From the IMG/VR virus record IMGVR_UViG_3300032116_000047: a stretch of 56,391 nucleotides of DNA. One strand, given 5' to 3'. Origin of the DNA: an uncultured virus (IMG/VR IMGVR_UViG_3300032116_000047). Its lineage: Duplodnaviria > Heunggongvirae > Uroviricota > Caudoviricetes. The notes under the pieces are model-generated. The model was given only the letters and a program-made list of their open reading frames with translations. It was not told the DNA's origin and did no database searches. The position numbers and the translations under genes were made by a program. The number at the start of each line of letters is the position of its first letter. Positions within the stretch are counted from its first letter, which is position 1. Shown in pieces: positions 1-10,052 of this stretch.

Positions 1-471
1 TTGTTTTTCTTCATTGGTAAGAGAGATAAAATTTTTAAAATCATTAATAGACATAGATATAAAAGACTTAAATGTCTCAATATCCATACCAATATATTTT
101 TCTATCTTTTCATCAATATTTGATTTTCCGGCTCTATCGTTTAGAACACCGTTTTCAACAAGATCTAAAATAGCAGGTCCGATTCCTCTTCGAATTTCAA
201 CATCAGTTCCTAAAGACTGAAATTTAATACGATTCAACAACTCACCATTTATTCGGTTTGGTAGAGTTGAAAGCTTGTGCCATTTTTTTGTTTTACCTGA
301 CTTTACTTTACCGTAAAGCGTATATTCAAATGATTCTAAAAGGGATGATTTCCCATTTCCGTTTTTACCAACAAGTAAAACTAATTCACCACTCTCGGTA
401 TTTAATTTTACAATTTGCTCGTTATTTCCAAAAGATTTATAACCACGAATTCCAATTTCACTAATTAACAT
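1..471 (-). CDS. SbcC/Rad50/T4 gp46-like recombination ATPase, N-terminal part (runs off window)
   Basis: Manual translation MLISEIGIRGYKSFGNNEQ...LVLLVGKNGNGKSSLLESFEYTLYGK: YKSFG plus Walker A GKNGNGKS, typical of SMC-like gp46/SbcC. Not in the ORF track because it is truncated. Confidence 0.9.
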   Translation of the reverse strand, partial: MLISEIGIRGYKSFGNNEQIVKLNTESGELVLLVGKNGNGKSSLLESFEYTLYGKVKSGKTKKWHKLSTLPNRINGELLNRIKFQSLGTDVEIRRGIGPAILDLVENGVLNDRAGKSNIDEKIEKYIGMDIETFKSFISMSINDFKNFISLTNEEKQ

Positions 472-524
472 TCATAAGTATTATTTTTTACTTATATTAA
501 AAAAAAGATAATTAGTTATTGATT

Positions 525-836
525 TTATTCATCATTATCAGAATAAATTATTTTGTACTGATTTTCATCAAATCCGTGTAAATTTTCGATTGTTTCATCA
601 TACGGTGCGACTTTAGAAAGTATCGATAACATTAATTGGTCATATCTTTCCCAATCTTCAATTATACAGTTCAATTTTTTTTCTAACTTTTCTTCTACAG
701 AAAGAGCAGATCTGTCCTTTTCATAGTAAAAAATAGCTTCATAGAATTCTTCTTGATAATTCAATGATAAGACAACATAAATTCCACCATCTAATTTACC
801 AATATATTCAATTATATCAAACTGAATTTCGTCCAT
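525..836 (-). CDS. hypothetical protein
   Basis: 103-aa ORF tightly packed in a minus-strand run; no motif recognised. Confidence 0.7.
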   Translation of the reverse strand: MDEIQFDIIEYIGKLDGGIYVVLSLNYQEEFYEAIFYYEKDRSALSVEEKLEKKLNCIIEDWERYDQLMLSILSKVAPYDETIENLHGFDENQYKIIYSDNDE

Positions 837-837
837 T

Positions 838-1056
838 TTAAGATAAAACTTGGTTTATTTTTTCTGTTATAATCTCTTTGAGATATCCAGCGTTATAAAG
901 TGTATTAAATAAAGAAACTCCAATTCTATCTCTCTGATCCATAAAACTATACATCATGTCCATATAGTATCGATGAATTTGTTCTCTTTCTTTTTCAGAA
1001 GATATTGAATTAACTTTTTCTAAATCTAAGTAGTAATTTTCAAATCTCATAAGCAT
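838..1056 (-). CDS. hypothetical protein with weak C-terminal tag-like end (TEKINQVLS)
   Basis: 72-aa ORF abutting its neighbours; ends EKINQVL. Confidence 0.7.
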   Translation of the reverse strand: MLMRFENYYLDLEKVNSISSEKEREQIHRYYMDMMYSFMDQRDRIGVSLFNTLYNAGYLKEIITEKINQVLS

Positions 1057-1329
1057 TTATATTTTATCATTGATTATAAATTCTAACTTTTTGAATTTTT
1101 CATCAGTATCAAAAAAGATAATTTGAATTTTATCAATGTCTTTGATTTCTTGTGCTTTACCCGTTACTTCATTAATCATAACATCTCTTTTATAAAGTAT
1201 ATCAATTCCTGGCTCCTCTCCTAAGAATTTACGCATATCTTCTTTTATAACCGATAACCTCCAATCATCATTTTTAAAATCAATTCTCGAAACATAATCT
1301 CTAATTGACATTTCTTTCATTGAACTCAT
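1057..1329 (-). CDS. hypothetical protein
   Basis: 90-aa ORF; TAATATATA motif upstream (1350-1358). Confidence 0.7.
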   Translation of the reverse strand: MSSMKEMSIRDYVSRIDFKNDDWRLSVIKEDMRKFLGEEPGIDILYKRDVMINEVTGKAQEIKDIDKIQIIFFDTDEKFKKLEFIINDKI

Positions 1330-1355
1330 ATCATAATTTATTTTTTATTTATATA

Positions 1356-1688
1356 TTAAAAATCGCCTTTGTCTAAAAAATAGGTGTTTTGTTCAGAAAT
1401 TAATTTTAAATTATTGTGAATTGTATTACAGTGTGAGTTAAATTTTTCAATATCTTCTTGAGATAAATTAAACCATTCTCCTTCTACTTTTTTTTCTTTA
1501 TAGATTTTGTGAAGCATAGCTTCTATTTTTGTCCCCCATTCCGATTGAAAAGAATCTACCAAATAGATTTCAGAAGCATTTCCAGTTTTAAATTCTTTGA
1601 TTCTCTTTTCTGGAGTTCTTCTAGTATATCCTATTTTGTGTAATTTTTGACCATTTATCTCAGAACATACTAAATAAATATTAAACAT
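1356..1688 (-). CDS. GIY-YIG superfamily (T5orf172/MUG113-like) protein
   Basis: IYLV...KIGYTRRTPEKRIKEFKTGN...IEAMLH...EGEWF pattern. Confidence 0.8.
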   Translation of the reverse strand: MFNIYLVCSEINGQKLHKIGYTRRTPEKRIKEFKTGNASEIYLVDSFQSEWGTKIEAMLHKIYKEKKVEGEWFNLSQEDIEKFNSHCNTIHNNLKLISEQNTYFLDKGDF

Positions 1689-1712
1689 AGGGTATATATA
1701 ACCCCATTGATT

Positions 1713-1826
1713 TTACTTACTAAAAATTTTAGCAATTTTTTTCATTCTTATAAATTTCTTAGGTGGATAGTATGTTGAAATATCTACTTCTTTTACATAA
1801 ACACCTGGTGATACATATTTAGTCAT
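1713..1826 (-). CDS. 37-aa microprotein: tail-sheath N-terminal motif plus RxxKI tag
   Basis: Manual translation MTKYVSPGVYVKEVDISTYYPPKKFIRMKKIAKIFSK. The start overlaps the upstream gene's stop, and SPGVYVKEVD matches the myovirus sheath N-terminus. Confidence 0.75.
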   Translation of the reverse strand: MTKYVSPGVYVKEVDISTYYPPKKFIRMKKIAKIFSK

Positions 1827-2325
1827 TTGATTTCTTTTTATTTTTTTTACCAGCTCTTCTTGTTTTTTTATGAGTTTCTACTTTACTATCACCATATTTA
1901 AAATCTAAATAAAACAATTGATTAGAAGGTGCAGAAAGAGGTTGAAGTCCCTTTTTCATTAGTTCTTTATATCCAGGGTCATCCTCTAACTTCTTTTCAA
2001 CAAATTCCCCGCCTTCAATAATTGCATCAATTTTTCCATCACGATTTTCAGATTGAACTTTACTTTTTACTTCGTTAATTTCTTCTTCTGAATCAAAACA
2101 TAAATCCATAGCTATTGTTTTTGCGGCTACTTTCATAGCCATAGGTAAAATGTTAGGAAATTCAGGTGTAGTGTTTTCAGTCGCTGAAGTATTCTCTTCC
2201 AGTATTTGATTAGATTGATTTTCTACTAATTGCTCAATATTACCCCAATGTGAGTTTGTGAGGCCAGATTTTTCTAAAATAGATGACCATTTATTTATTA
2301 AATCTTCTTTTGAAGGCTTATTCAT
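1819..2325 (-). CDS. truncated gp23-like major capsid protein paralog with inserted RxxKI tag
   Basis: LINKWSSILE, ILPMAMKVAAKTIAMDL and QPLSAPSNQLFYLDFKYG resemble gp23-family N-terminal blocks. Only 168 aa; insert contains NRDGKIDAII; basic tail. Confidence 0.7.
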   Translation of the reverse strand: MNKPSKEDLINKWSSILEKSGLTNSHWGNIEQLVENQSNQILEENTSATENTTPEFPNILPMAMKVAAKTIAMDLCFDSEEEINEVKSKVQSENRDGKIDAIIEGGEFVEKKLEDDPGYKELMKKGLQPLSAPSNQLFYLDFKYGDSKVETHKKTRRAGKKNKKKSND

Positions 2326-2357
2326 TGAATTAAATTTTCTTTCTTATATAAGAAAAT

Positions 2358-2693
2358 TTAATAGTTGTTTGGATCAATTCCCGGATATTCTTTTAATATT
2401 CTATCAGATAATTTAATTCTTTGATCTTCGGTAAGTTCTTTTTTAAATTCTTTTTCGTACCAATCTATCAATTGATCAATTACAACTTCTTCAGCCTCTC
2501 CAGAGGCGTTATCATAATACCAATCAACTTTTCCCTCATAACTATCTCCAATCTGTTCTTCTTCAACCCAGTTTTCAATTTCATCATCAACCATGTTCTT
2601 AACATCATACTCTGTATAAAAATGTTTGATTTTTGCGATTGCAAAGTCTGGATCAAAATCTATAAAATTCTCGTATGTTTTAACTAACTTCAT
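2358..2693 (-). CDS. acidic hypothetical protein, putative internal head protein
   Basis: N-terminus MKLVKTYENF (CTS-like). Confidence 0.7.
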   Translation of the reverse strand: MKLVKTYENFIDFDPDFAIAKIKHFYTEYDVKNMVDDEIENWVEEEQIGDSYEGKVDWYYDNASGEAEEVVIDQLIDWYEKEFKKELTEDQRIKLSDRILKEYPGIDPNNY

Positions 2694-3463
2694 AAACCAA
2701 AAAATTCTTTTAGTGAGGTTAAAAATCCTCTGATTTGAGATTTTTCTTCTTCAGTACCTTCTGATAAAATCTCTTGAAAAATTTCTGTAGATTCAACCCA
2801 TTTATATGCTGATAATTTATCAACATATTCAAAATTTTCAATTTTTTTCCCAATATATTTTTCTAAATCTTTTTGTAATCCTTCAGGATGTTCCCATCTT
2901 GTGAAAATATCATCCTCTTCATCCTCAGTCCAATCATTTAATGTTTTTTCAAATTTATCATCATCAAAAAAATCATCTAATAATTTAGATGATTTTTCAT
3001 CTTCAACATAAACCCAACTATCATCACATCTATCTAAAATATGTTGAGACTCTTTATCTAAATATGAGATATTTTTTTCATTCTTATCTCTAACAGCGGC
3101 TCTAAGACTACCAATACAATCATCAAAAATTCCAAAAATTGAATAGTCATATCCACTCGAAATACCAAATTTATTATCATTGTATAGTCTACTTTCAAAT
3201 TTCTCAACTAAATCACAAAAGTCTTCAGTCATAAGACGACCATTAGCTATAATACTATCAATCATTGACTTTAATTCAGATTGCAATTCTTCACTTTTAA
3301 CTATTTTATCATCGTTATAGTAGTGTTTTTCATGCACTTCAATTGTCTTATTGATAGCTTGTTTCATTTTACCAACAGCAGCTAAAAAATCAAATTCTAA
3401 ATCATCATTTTGAGATTTAGAATTTCTTCCCCAGAATTCTTCATATATTTTAATTATTCTCAT
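2690..3463 (-). CDS. acidic hypothetical protein, putative internal head protein
   Basis: N-terminus MRIIKIYEEF; TAATATATA just upstream (3468-3476). Confidence 0.75.
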   Translation of the reverse strand: MRIIKIYEEFWGRNSKSQNDDLEFDFLAAVGKMKQAINKTIEVHEKHYYNDDKIVKSEELQSELKSMIDSIIANGRLMTEDFCDLVEKFESRLYNDNKFGISSGYDYSIFGIFDDCIGSLRAAVRDKNEKNISYLDKESQHILDRCDDSWVYVEDEKSSKLLDDFFDDDKFEKTLNDWTEDEEDDIFTRWEHPEGLQKDLEKYIGKKIENFEYVDKLSAYKWVESTEIFQEILSEGTEEEKSQIRGFLTSLKEFFGL

Positions 3464-3473
3464 ATATTATATA

Positions 3474-4478
3474 TTATTTAAGTTTAATGTGAATGTATAG
3501 CCAAAATGATTCAGGTTTTACACTAATAAGTATTTTACTACCCCATTTTTTTGACATTAACCAATTTGTAAAATTATTTTTAATATTTTGATATTCACCC
3601 TCATCTAACTTTCCATTATCCCAACGACCTACACCATAAAATCCAAAAGTCATAACTCTATCTCTTAACATAGGTTTTAATCTTTTCTCAAAATAACCCG
3701 GTGAAAAAGAAACCATATCTCTTTTAATTTGACCTAAAGTGAGTAAATCAGAGTAATTAAGATTAACTATTTCTTTCTTAAGTGATTGAGCTGACTTAGA
3801 CTCTAAACTTAACATCCATTTTATAACAGATTGTGATAATTTGAATTGACCTATCGGGAATCTTTGTTCATAACTAATTCCGTATTCAAATTGACCTGAT
3901 ATATTTACTCCAAAATACAGATTTAAATTATTTTGTTGATAGTCAATTAAGTGTAAATATCTTTGCAAAGATTTAAATCTTGAAAATATTTGTTTTACAA
4001 CATCAGACTCTAAATTTAAAAATTGATAATAAAGAAGAAATTCATCAGGACACAATTCCCAATTCGGATTTGATTCTTTGAGACCAAGCGCTGTCAAACA
4101 TTTAAGAAAAGAGGTAAAAATTCCTTTACCAGCAACAGTAACTTCAGTTTGAACATCAACCGATTCTCCTAAAAGTTCCGATGTATCGGTCGAAGAGATC
4201 ATAACGGGTTCTTTATCTTCTATTCCAGACTCTAAATATTTATCTATTTGTAATTTTATTTCACTTTGAGTCTTTTCGTCTAATAGATTAATTGCGTTTG
4301 AAAGTCTAATTGTTGGATTTATATCATCTCCGTTATAAAGATTTTGAGTATCATCAATATAACGATTTACAATATTCATAACATATTCATCACCTGACAA
4401 AGATTCTATCCATTCACCTAATGAATTAAAATCTTCAGAAGATTCTTTAATGAATTCTAAATATTTTTTAATTATCAT
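3474..4478 (-). CDS. hypothetical protein, putative virion protein
   Basis: N-terminus MIIKKYLEFIKES; TAATATATA at 4483-4491. Confidence 0.75.
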   Translation of the reverse strand: MIIKKYLEFIKESSEDFNSLGEWIESLSGDEYVMNIVNRYIDDTQNLYNGDDINPTIRLSNAINLLDEKTQSEIKLQIDKYLESGIEDKEPVMISSTDTSELLGESVDVQTEVTVAGKGIFTSFLKCLTALGLKESNPNWELCPDEFLLYYQFLNLESDVVKQIFSRFKSLQRYLHLIDYQQNNLNLYFGVNISGQFEYGISYEQRFPIGQFKLSQSVIKWMLSLESKSAQSLKKEIVNLNYSDLLTLGQIKRDMVSFSPGYFEKRLKPMLRDRVMTFGFYGVGRWDNGKLDEGEYQNIKNNFTNWLMSKKWGSKILISVKPESFWLYIHIKLK

Positions 4479-4482
4479 AAGG

Positions 4483-4520
4483 TATATATTAAAATTAGAT
4501 ACTCATTTTGTTAATATATA
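4483..4520. promoter_or_regulatory. divergent pair of TAATATATA putative late-promoter motifs
   Basis: TAATATATA on - (4483-4491) and on + (4512-4520), each 4 nt before an ATG. Confidence 0.65.
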
Positions 4521-4524
4521 AGAG

Positions 4525-5715
4525 ATGAACGGATTAAAAATTGGCATTACTTTAGGTTTAAAATCAAATACAGAGTCAATATGGACAAATGGGATTAAGC
4601 AAAATGTTTTGATGTTACATCATCTACTTAAAAAGTCAAATAATCAATATGAAGTAAAAATTTTAAATACAATTAAGGTAGATTGGTCAACAAAACCACA
4701 GTATTTAAAAGATATTGATATATGTTATTTTGATGAAGCCTACGAGGAAATGGATTTAATCATTATAATGGGTGCTCAAGCAGAACCTGAAAAGATAAAA
4801 AAATTTAAATTAATTAAAAGTGATAATAAAGTAATCAGTTATAAATGCGGAAGTAATTATATTCTAACAACTGAAAGTGTTCTTTTTGGAACAGAAGATA
4901 AATGGTGTCAATATGAAGATTATTTTGATGAAGTTTGGTACATTCCACAACAACATGAAACTTGTAATGGTTACTTTCACACACTTTATAGAACAAATGT
5001 TGTTACGGTTCCTTTTATTTGGCATCATAAGTTTTTAACAGAAGCTATTATTGACATCGAAAAAGGTTATAAATTAGGTAAGTTTAAAAAAGGATTTCAA
5101 TATAATCCTGAAAAAGATAAAAAAGTATTGGGCATAATGGAACCTAATTTAAATTTGGTTAAATTTTGTTTAATTCCAACAATGGTTGCTGAAGAATCTT
5201 ATAGAGGTAAAATCGGTAAAGAAAAGATTTCAAAATTAATGATTACTAACTCAAAAGATGTTTCTAAACATAAGGAATTTCTAAGTATATTGAAGACTTT
5301 TGATTTATATAAGGAGGGAAAGATAACTGCTGAGAGTAGATACCAAACTTCTTACATAGTTACTCAATATTTAGATATTTTAATTTGTCATCAGATATTA
5401 AATCCACTAAACTATCTTTATTTGGATGTTGCTTTTATGGGTTATCCGGTTTTACATAATGCACCAATGTGTAAAGATATTGGATATTATTATGAAGGAT
5501 CAGATACTGTTGATGGGGCTAAAATGTTAGATTGGATTTTAGAAAATCATGATAATAATTTAAAAGAATATGAAGAGAGAAATAAAAAAGCTCTTTTCAG
5601 ATACTTTGCAGATAATAGAACTTTAATAGAAGCCTATGATATGTTAATCCATAACTTATTTAATGATGGAAATATAGGATTAGAGTATGATGAAACTACA
5701 AATAACTACAAATAA
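4525..5715 (+). CDS. DUF2827-like protein, probable GT-B glycosyltransferase
   Basis: KIGIT...SIWTNGIKQN, DEVWYIPQ, IMEPNLNLVKFCLIP, HQILNPLNYLYLD...GYPVLHN match my recollection of the DUF2827 pattern. Transferase function is inference. Confidence 0.7.
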   Translation: MNGLKIGITLGLKSNTESIWTNGIKQNVLMLHHLLKKSNNQYEVKILNTIKVDWSTKPQYLKDIDICYFDEAYEEMDLIIIMGAQAEPEKIKKFKLIKSDNKVISYKCGSNYILTTESVLFGTEDKWCQYEDYFDEVWYIPQQHETCNGYFHTLYRTNVVTVPFIWHHKFLTEAIIDIEKGYKLGKFKKGFQYNPEKDKKVLGIMEPNLNLVKFCLIPTMVAEESYRGKIGKEKISKLMITNSKDVSKHKEFLSILKTFDLYKEGKITAESRYQTSYIVTQYLDILICHQILNPLNYLYLDVAFMGYPVLHNAPMCKDIGYYYEGSDTVDGAKMLDWILENHDNNLKEYEERNKKALFRYFADNRTLIEAYDMLIHNLFNDGNIGLEYDETTNNYK

Positions 5716-5746
5716 AAAAAGAGAGACTTAAAGCCTCTCTTTTTTT
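5714..5746. terminator. bidirectional intrinsic terminator
   Basis: AAAAAAAGAGAG-acttaaagc-CTCTCTTTTTTT inverted repeat between convergent genes. Confidence 0.8.
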
Positions 5747-5766
5747 ATTTGTTAAAAATAATCAAA

Positions 5767-8700
5767 TTATTTCAAATTTGCTTTACCATCATCATAAGTT
5801 CCCATTATCTTAGCAATTGATACAGAACAAAGTTCAGCATATCTATTCAAAGATATATATCTACTTCTTTGAGACTCCGTAAATACAATATCACTTAGTT
5901 TATATCCTTCTCCACTTCTGTAATAATTAAAGAACGTATTGAAATTATCTACTTCAGGATAATAATCTACATGAGCATTCAATAAATACCATTTATTATT
6001 GATATTTACTTTTACCCACTGCTCAAGAACTTCGGTAGTTTCTTCACACTCTGATCCATCTAATATATCACATATAGATTTGATAATAGCGTTAAATACT
6101 TCCCAGTCTTTTGTATTAGAAGATGTTTTTGGATAATTCGTCTTTAATGAATTGATTGTGTTAAATATTGAACCAACCATCAATGAACCTTTAGACCATG
6201 AAGAATCATAAGGAACTCCATCACCGTCATCAAACACATAAGCTGATCTTGAATAATCCTCAAGTTCTCCAGTAAATAGATTATTGATTTCATCAATATC
6301 ATCAACTAATGTGGAAATATTATCAACTAAATCATCACTATAAACATAATTATCAGTAATTCCAGTCACATTAAGATAATACGGTTCAGATACCCAACGA
6401 TGTGTAGAACCATTATCAACTTTGAAAGATGAAGCTACTGTCGCATTAAATAAACCTTGCTCATTAGCTCTTTTCAGTGTTAGATATTGAGAAACTACAT
6501 CTACATCTGTTGCATAGTTTTCTTTAGAGAAATTTACAACTGCTCCAACTGGTTGCCCAGTTGAGTCAATTTCTTGACGAGTGTAGGATAATCCACCACC
6601 CATTCCGTTTTCTGTCCAAGAAAGGAATTTCATTCTGTAGAATTTATTATCCTGAACATCATGTAAAATCATTTCTTTACCAACAGATGTAGGTGGATTC
6701 CAATCAACAGAATCAGCCCAATTAACCATCAATGATGTGTTAAACTCAGATGGATTAAATGTATTCCACAAGTTCTCAACCCAATAATCATAAGGAGACA
6801 CTAAATCACTGTAAGTTGACTTAAAGAATTTTCTTAGAGATGCTCCAGTTGCCCAATCACGACCATTTTGCCATCCATAATAGTCATAAAAGAACACATC
6901 TTTATCAGATATCGTTAATTCATATTTTATTTTTGAATCTAAAACATAGTTTTTGAAATCTTTAGTTATTTGTTCTTCATTTACAGGAACAGTTATTGTG
7001 TATGACCATTCATTAGTTTCGGAAGATTGTGTCCAAGTCACATACTTTAAGTTGAAGAATCTGATTAAAGACGCTCTCTCTCCCATATTATCACTAGACC
7101 AATAAATTACCCAATCAGACACACCACCAGATGTAGGATTAGTCATATCTTGTAATCTACTATTATTTAACGGATTAATGAAGTTATTTGCGGACCAAGT
7201 ACCATCTCCATTATCAACTAATATAGACTTAAAGAAAGTTAAAATTGGATCTACTATTGACCAGTCCCAACCTTGTGAATTTCTACAATAATTTAACAAA
7301 TCATTTGTTGCCCATATAGCTGTGTTATTATATAATTCTCTCATTTTAGATAAGTATCCACCTAACTCAAGACCTGACCACATTGCTTTATCACCATCCC
7401 AAGATGAATTTGCCCAATCATTTATCAATCTATGTAATTCAGTGTAAGTTAAATTATTTAAATCTAAACTTTCTGTAGTAACGGTTCCTTCATTTGAAAA
7501 TAAAGAAAGATATGATTGATCATTTTTAAAAGTGTCTAAAATTTCACCTCTAATAAAAGTAACCTTATTATCTAAATAATTCTCAATATCAGAAATTAAT
7601 CCAATTCTTGTAATTGGATCAAAAAACACAGGAATATTATTTGAATAATAAAATATTCTTTCTTTGTATTTATCAAACAACACATCAAATGTATAAGGAT
7701 TCTCAAAGTTTACTACATCATCATACTGAGGAAGTTTGTATTCAGATTTTATTGCCATTTCAACTAGTTGAGCTCCTTTTAAGATAACATTTGAAAAATC
7801 AGAAATATACTGACCGAAAGAAGAATGAACTGTTGCTAATTTTGATAAAGAATCATTAAAATACTTTATAATCTCAGAATATAACTTAGATTTCAATGAA
7901 AAATCTAAATAAGTCTCTTCAGAATAAAATAAGTCTGATAATAACCTTATAATTGGCTTCTCAAATGAGCTTAAACTTTTTAATCTAATTATAGCATAAA
8001 GAGATTCAGGAGAATATGACACAAATTTTCCAGAAAAGTTTAATACTATACCACTTGTAGAAGTTTGAATTGTTTGTTCTTGCATTTTGAGGTAATTCAA
8101 GTCAAAATTTAGAACTCTTGAAAGGCTATAAAGATAGTCTTGTAAATTAGAAATAGAACTTACAAAGTTTGTTGGAACAATATGACTAACTGACAATAAT
8201 GAATTCAATACACTTTGTATAACAGAAGATTCTGTTTCACTTGATACTTCTGTTATTTTTAAATTTATAGTTCCAGCATATGGATCATTTGTAGTCACCT
8301 CATCATTAACTTGATAATTTTGACCTTGATCTATTAGAGTGTAATTTGAAATATTTCCAATAGAATCAAAAGTGGCTTGAAATGTTAAATGAGCACCTAT
8401 TCCAGTTGTGATGGATTGTGAGAATTCAACTGTTTGATTCGCATAAGCCTCCATTGGAAAAGAATTCCCAACTTCATCAAAACTCAATGATAAAACGTGA
8501 TTAGGTTTATTTACCTCAATATATTTCAAACTATCTGAAATCTTTTCATATATTTTAGTTAAATTTGACAATTCACCAAAAGAATTAACTTTAAAAGATG
8601 AACTTCCTGATGATTTTGTATTAAAGTTCAGAGTTATTCCATTTTCACCAATTATATCATCATAAATAGATTGTAAAACCAATTCTTCATCTGTCTTACT

Positions 8701-9798
8701 TTGTAATAAAGAAATTATATCAGAGACGTTTTCTGATAATGCGCCATTTTCATACACATATTTCTTAAAGAAATAATTTTCAGATACTGTAGATACTCTA
8801 GACTTTATAATAAGAGACTTAAGATATTCTTTAGCTAGTGTATAAGAAGCTTCACCTGAAGGATCAAATTCTTGTCTAATATAAGTGTATTGAATAGGAA
8901 GACCAATCATTCTATTATTTCTAATATTTGACTTACTCTTAACAATAACTCTATAATAAGTAAAAGACTCTTTCTGAATTGAATCTGCAAAATTTGTTGA
9001 AGGAACTCTAAAAACAATTTCAGAATTTTTCATTTCAGCATCAGCGTCCTTAAACATTTCTAAAAAATTCATAGACCATACTCTAAAGTCAGAACCGATA
9101 TTTTCCCATCCTATAGACCACTCAATTTTAGATCCATCTTGTACTGAGTTTGATATCTCACCAGTCTCAGTGTCAATAGATAATTCTAAATCTTCACTGA
9201 TAACGTCATTTAATTGACCATTAAGTGTGAATTCAACTACACTTGGTTCTGATTCTAAATAGTTTTCTAACATTAAGTAAGAACCATTGAAGTTTCTATC
9301 TAAAAGTGTAGATAATAACCTTTCTGAATCTAAAGAAATCTCACTAACACTTTCTACGAATCTTGAATCTGTTATAGTTTTTAAATAGTTCTCTTGATAA
9401 GGAGATAGTCTACCTGCAGCGGTTTTATAAGTATCAATTGCTATTTGTAGATCAGTAGCATCTTCAAATGATTTTTTTGTTAATAGTAGTTCAGCCTCTT
9501 CTTTACCAGGTAAAGTAACTCCAAGTTCAGAAACGACTGATTCTAAACCATCAACTCTACCTCTAACAATAGCAGATTCTTTTTCAAACTCACTAACAGT
9601 AGCTGAAACGTCATTTATAGCATCTGCTAAAGATGTGAAATTTCCTTCAAATTCATCAACTGATAAAGGCCTGTTTAGAGCAGAACTGTTTTCATAATTT
9701 TTTGTTTTAAGATTTAGATTAGAAATCTTTTTCTCACCTTTTGAAACACCACCTGGAAGTTCATCAGGAGACAATTGCCTTTGATTTAAATAATTCAT
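5767..9798 (-). CDS. large virion/fibre-associated protein
   Basis: 1343 aa; N-terminal RPLSVDEFEGNFTSL resembles fibre/spike attachment motifs; last gene of the fibre cluster. Confidence 0.65.
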   Translation of the reverse strand: MNYLNQRQLSPDELPGGVSKGEKKISNLNLKTKNYENSSALNRPLSVDEFEGNFTSLADAINDVSATVSEFEKESAIVRGRVDGLESVVSELGVTLPGKEEAELLLTKKSFEDATDLQIAIDTYKTAAGRLSPYQENYLKTITDSRFVESVSEISLDSERLLSTLLDRNFNGSYLMLENYLESEPSVVEFTLNGQLNDVISEDLELSIDTETGEISNSVQDGSKIEWSIGWENIGSDFRVWSMNFLEMFKDADAEMKNSEIVFRVPSTNFADSIQKESFTYYRVIVKSKSNIRNNRMIGLPIQYTYIRQEFDPSGEASYTLAKEYLKSLIIKSRVSTVSENYFFKKYVYENGALSENVSDIISLLQSKTDEELVLQSIYDDIIGENGITLNFNTKSSGSSSFKVNSFGELSNLTKIYEKISDSLKYIEVNKPNHVLSLSFDEVGNSFPMEAYANQTVEFSQSITTGIGAHLTFQATFDSIGNISNYTLIDQGQNYQVNDEVTTNDPYAGTINLKITEVSSETESSVIQSVLNSLLSVSHIVPTNFVSSISNLQDYLYSLSRVLNFDLNYLKMQEQTIQTSTSGIVLNFSGKFVSYSPESLYAIIRLKSLSSFEKPIIRLLSDLFYSEETYLDFSLKSKLYSEIIKYFNDSLSKLATVHSSFGQYISDFSNVILKGAQLVEMAIKSEYKLPQYDDVVNFENPYTFDVLFDKYKERIFYYSNNIPVFFDPITRIGLISDIENYLDNKVTFIRGEILDTFKNDQSYLSLFSNEGTVTTESLDLNNLTYTELHRLINDWANSSWDGDKAMWSGLELGGYLSKMRELYNNTAIWATNDLLNYCRNSQGWDWSIVDPILTFFKSILVDNGDGTWSANNFINPLNNSRLQDMTNPTSGGVSDWVIYWSSDNMGERASLIRFFNLKYVTWTQSSETNEWSYTITVPVNEEQITKDFKNYVLDSKIKYELTISDKDVFFYDYYGWQNGRDWATGASLRKFFKSTYSDLVSPYDYWVENLWNTFNPSEFNTSLMVNWADSVDWNPPTSVGKEMILHDVQDNKFYRMKFLSWTENGMGGGLSYTRQEIDSTGQPVGAVVNFSKENYATDVDVVSQYLTLKRANEQGLFNATVASSFKVDNGSTHRWVSEPYYLNVTGITDNYVYSDDLVDNISTLVDDIDEINNLFTGELEDYSRSAYVFDDGDGVPYDSSWSKGSLMVGSIFNTINSLKTNYPKTSSNTKDWEVFNAIIKSICDILDGSECEETTEVLEQWVKVNINNKWYLLNAHVDYYPEVDNFNTFFNYYRSGEGYKLSDIVFTESQRSRYISLNRYAELCSVSIAKIMGTYDDGKANLK

Positions 9799-9833
9799 TC
9801 TTTTTATTTTATTTTTATTTTGTATTAAACAAA

Positions 9834-9983
9834 TTAACTATTTTGTTTTTCGGATACTAAGTAATTACCAGCACTTTTATTTAAGTATTGTTTATCAGTT
9901 AGATAACCAGAGAAAGAATCAATAATAGTATTTGAATCTTTTCTCCTAACAGCTAGGTAAACTTTCTTTTTTGTTTCTGCCAT
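9834..9983 (-). CDS. 49-aa hypothetical microprotein
   Basis: Manual translation MAETKKKVYLAVRRKDSNTIIDSFSGYLTDKQYLNKSAGNYLVSEKQNS; A-rich leader; fills the gap between two large genes. Confidence 0.6.
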   Translation of the reverse strand: MAETKKKVYLAVRRKDSNTIIDSFSGYLTDKQYLNKSAGNYLVSEKQNS

Positions 9984-10002
9984 ATTGTTATTTTTTTTTA
10001 TT

Positions 10003-10034
10003 AAAAAAAGAGGACAGATGTCCCATCCCCTTTT
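10003..10034 (-). terminator. intrinsic terminator after giant fibre gene
   Basis: Minus strand AAAAGGGGA...TCCTCTTTTTTT hairpin plus U-tract, about 20 nt after the stop. Confidence 0.6.
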
Positions 10035-10052
10035 ACTTAGTTTTAAACTTTA

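Noticed and set aside
14..464. Two 68-aa plus-strand ORFs in the track
   Set aside because: They lie antisense to the clear gp46/SbcC reading frame at 1..471.
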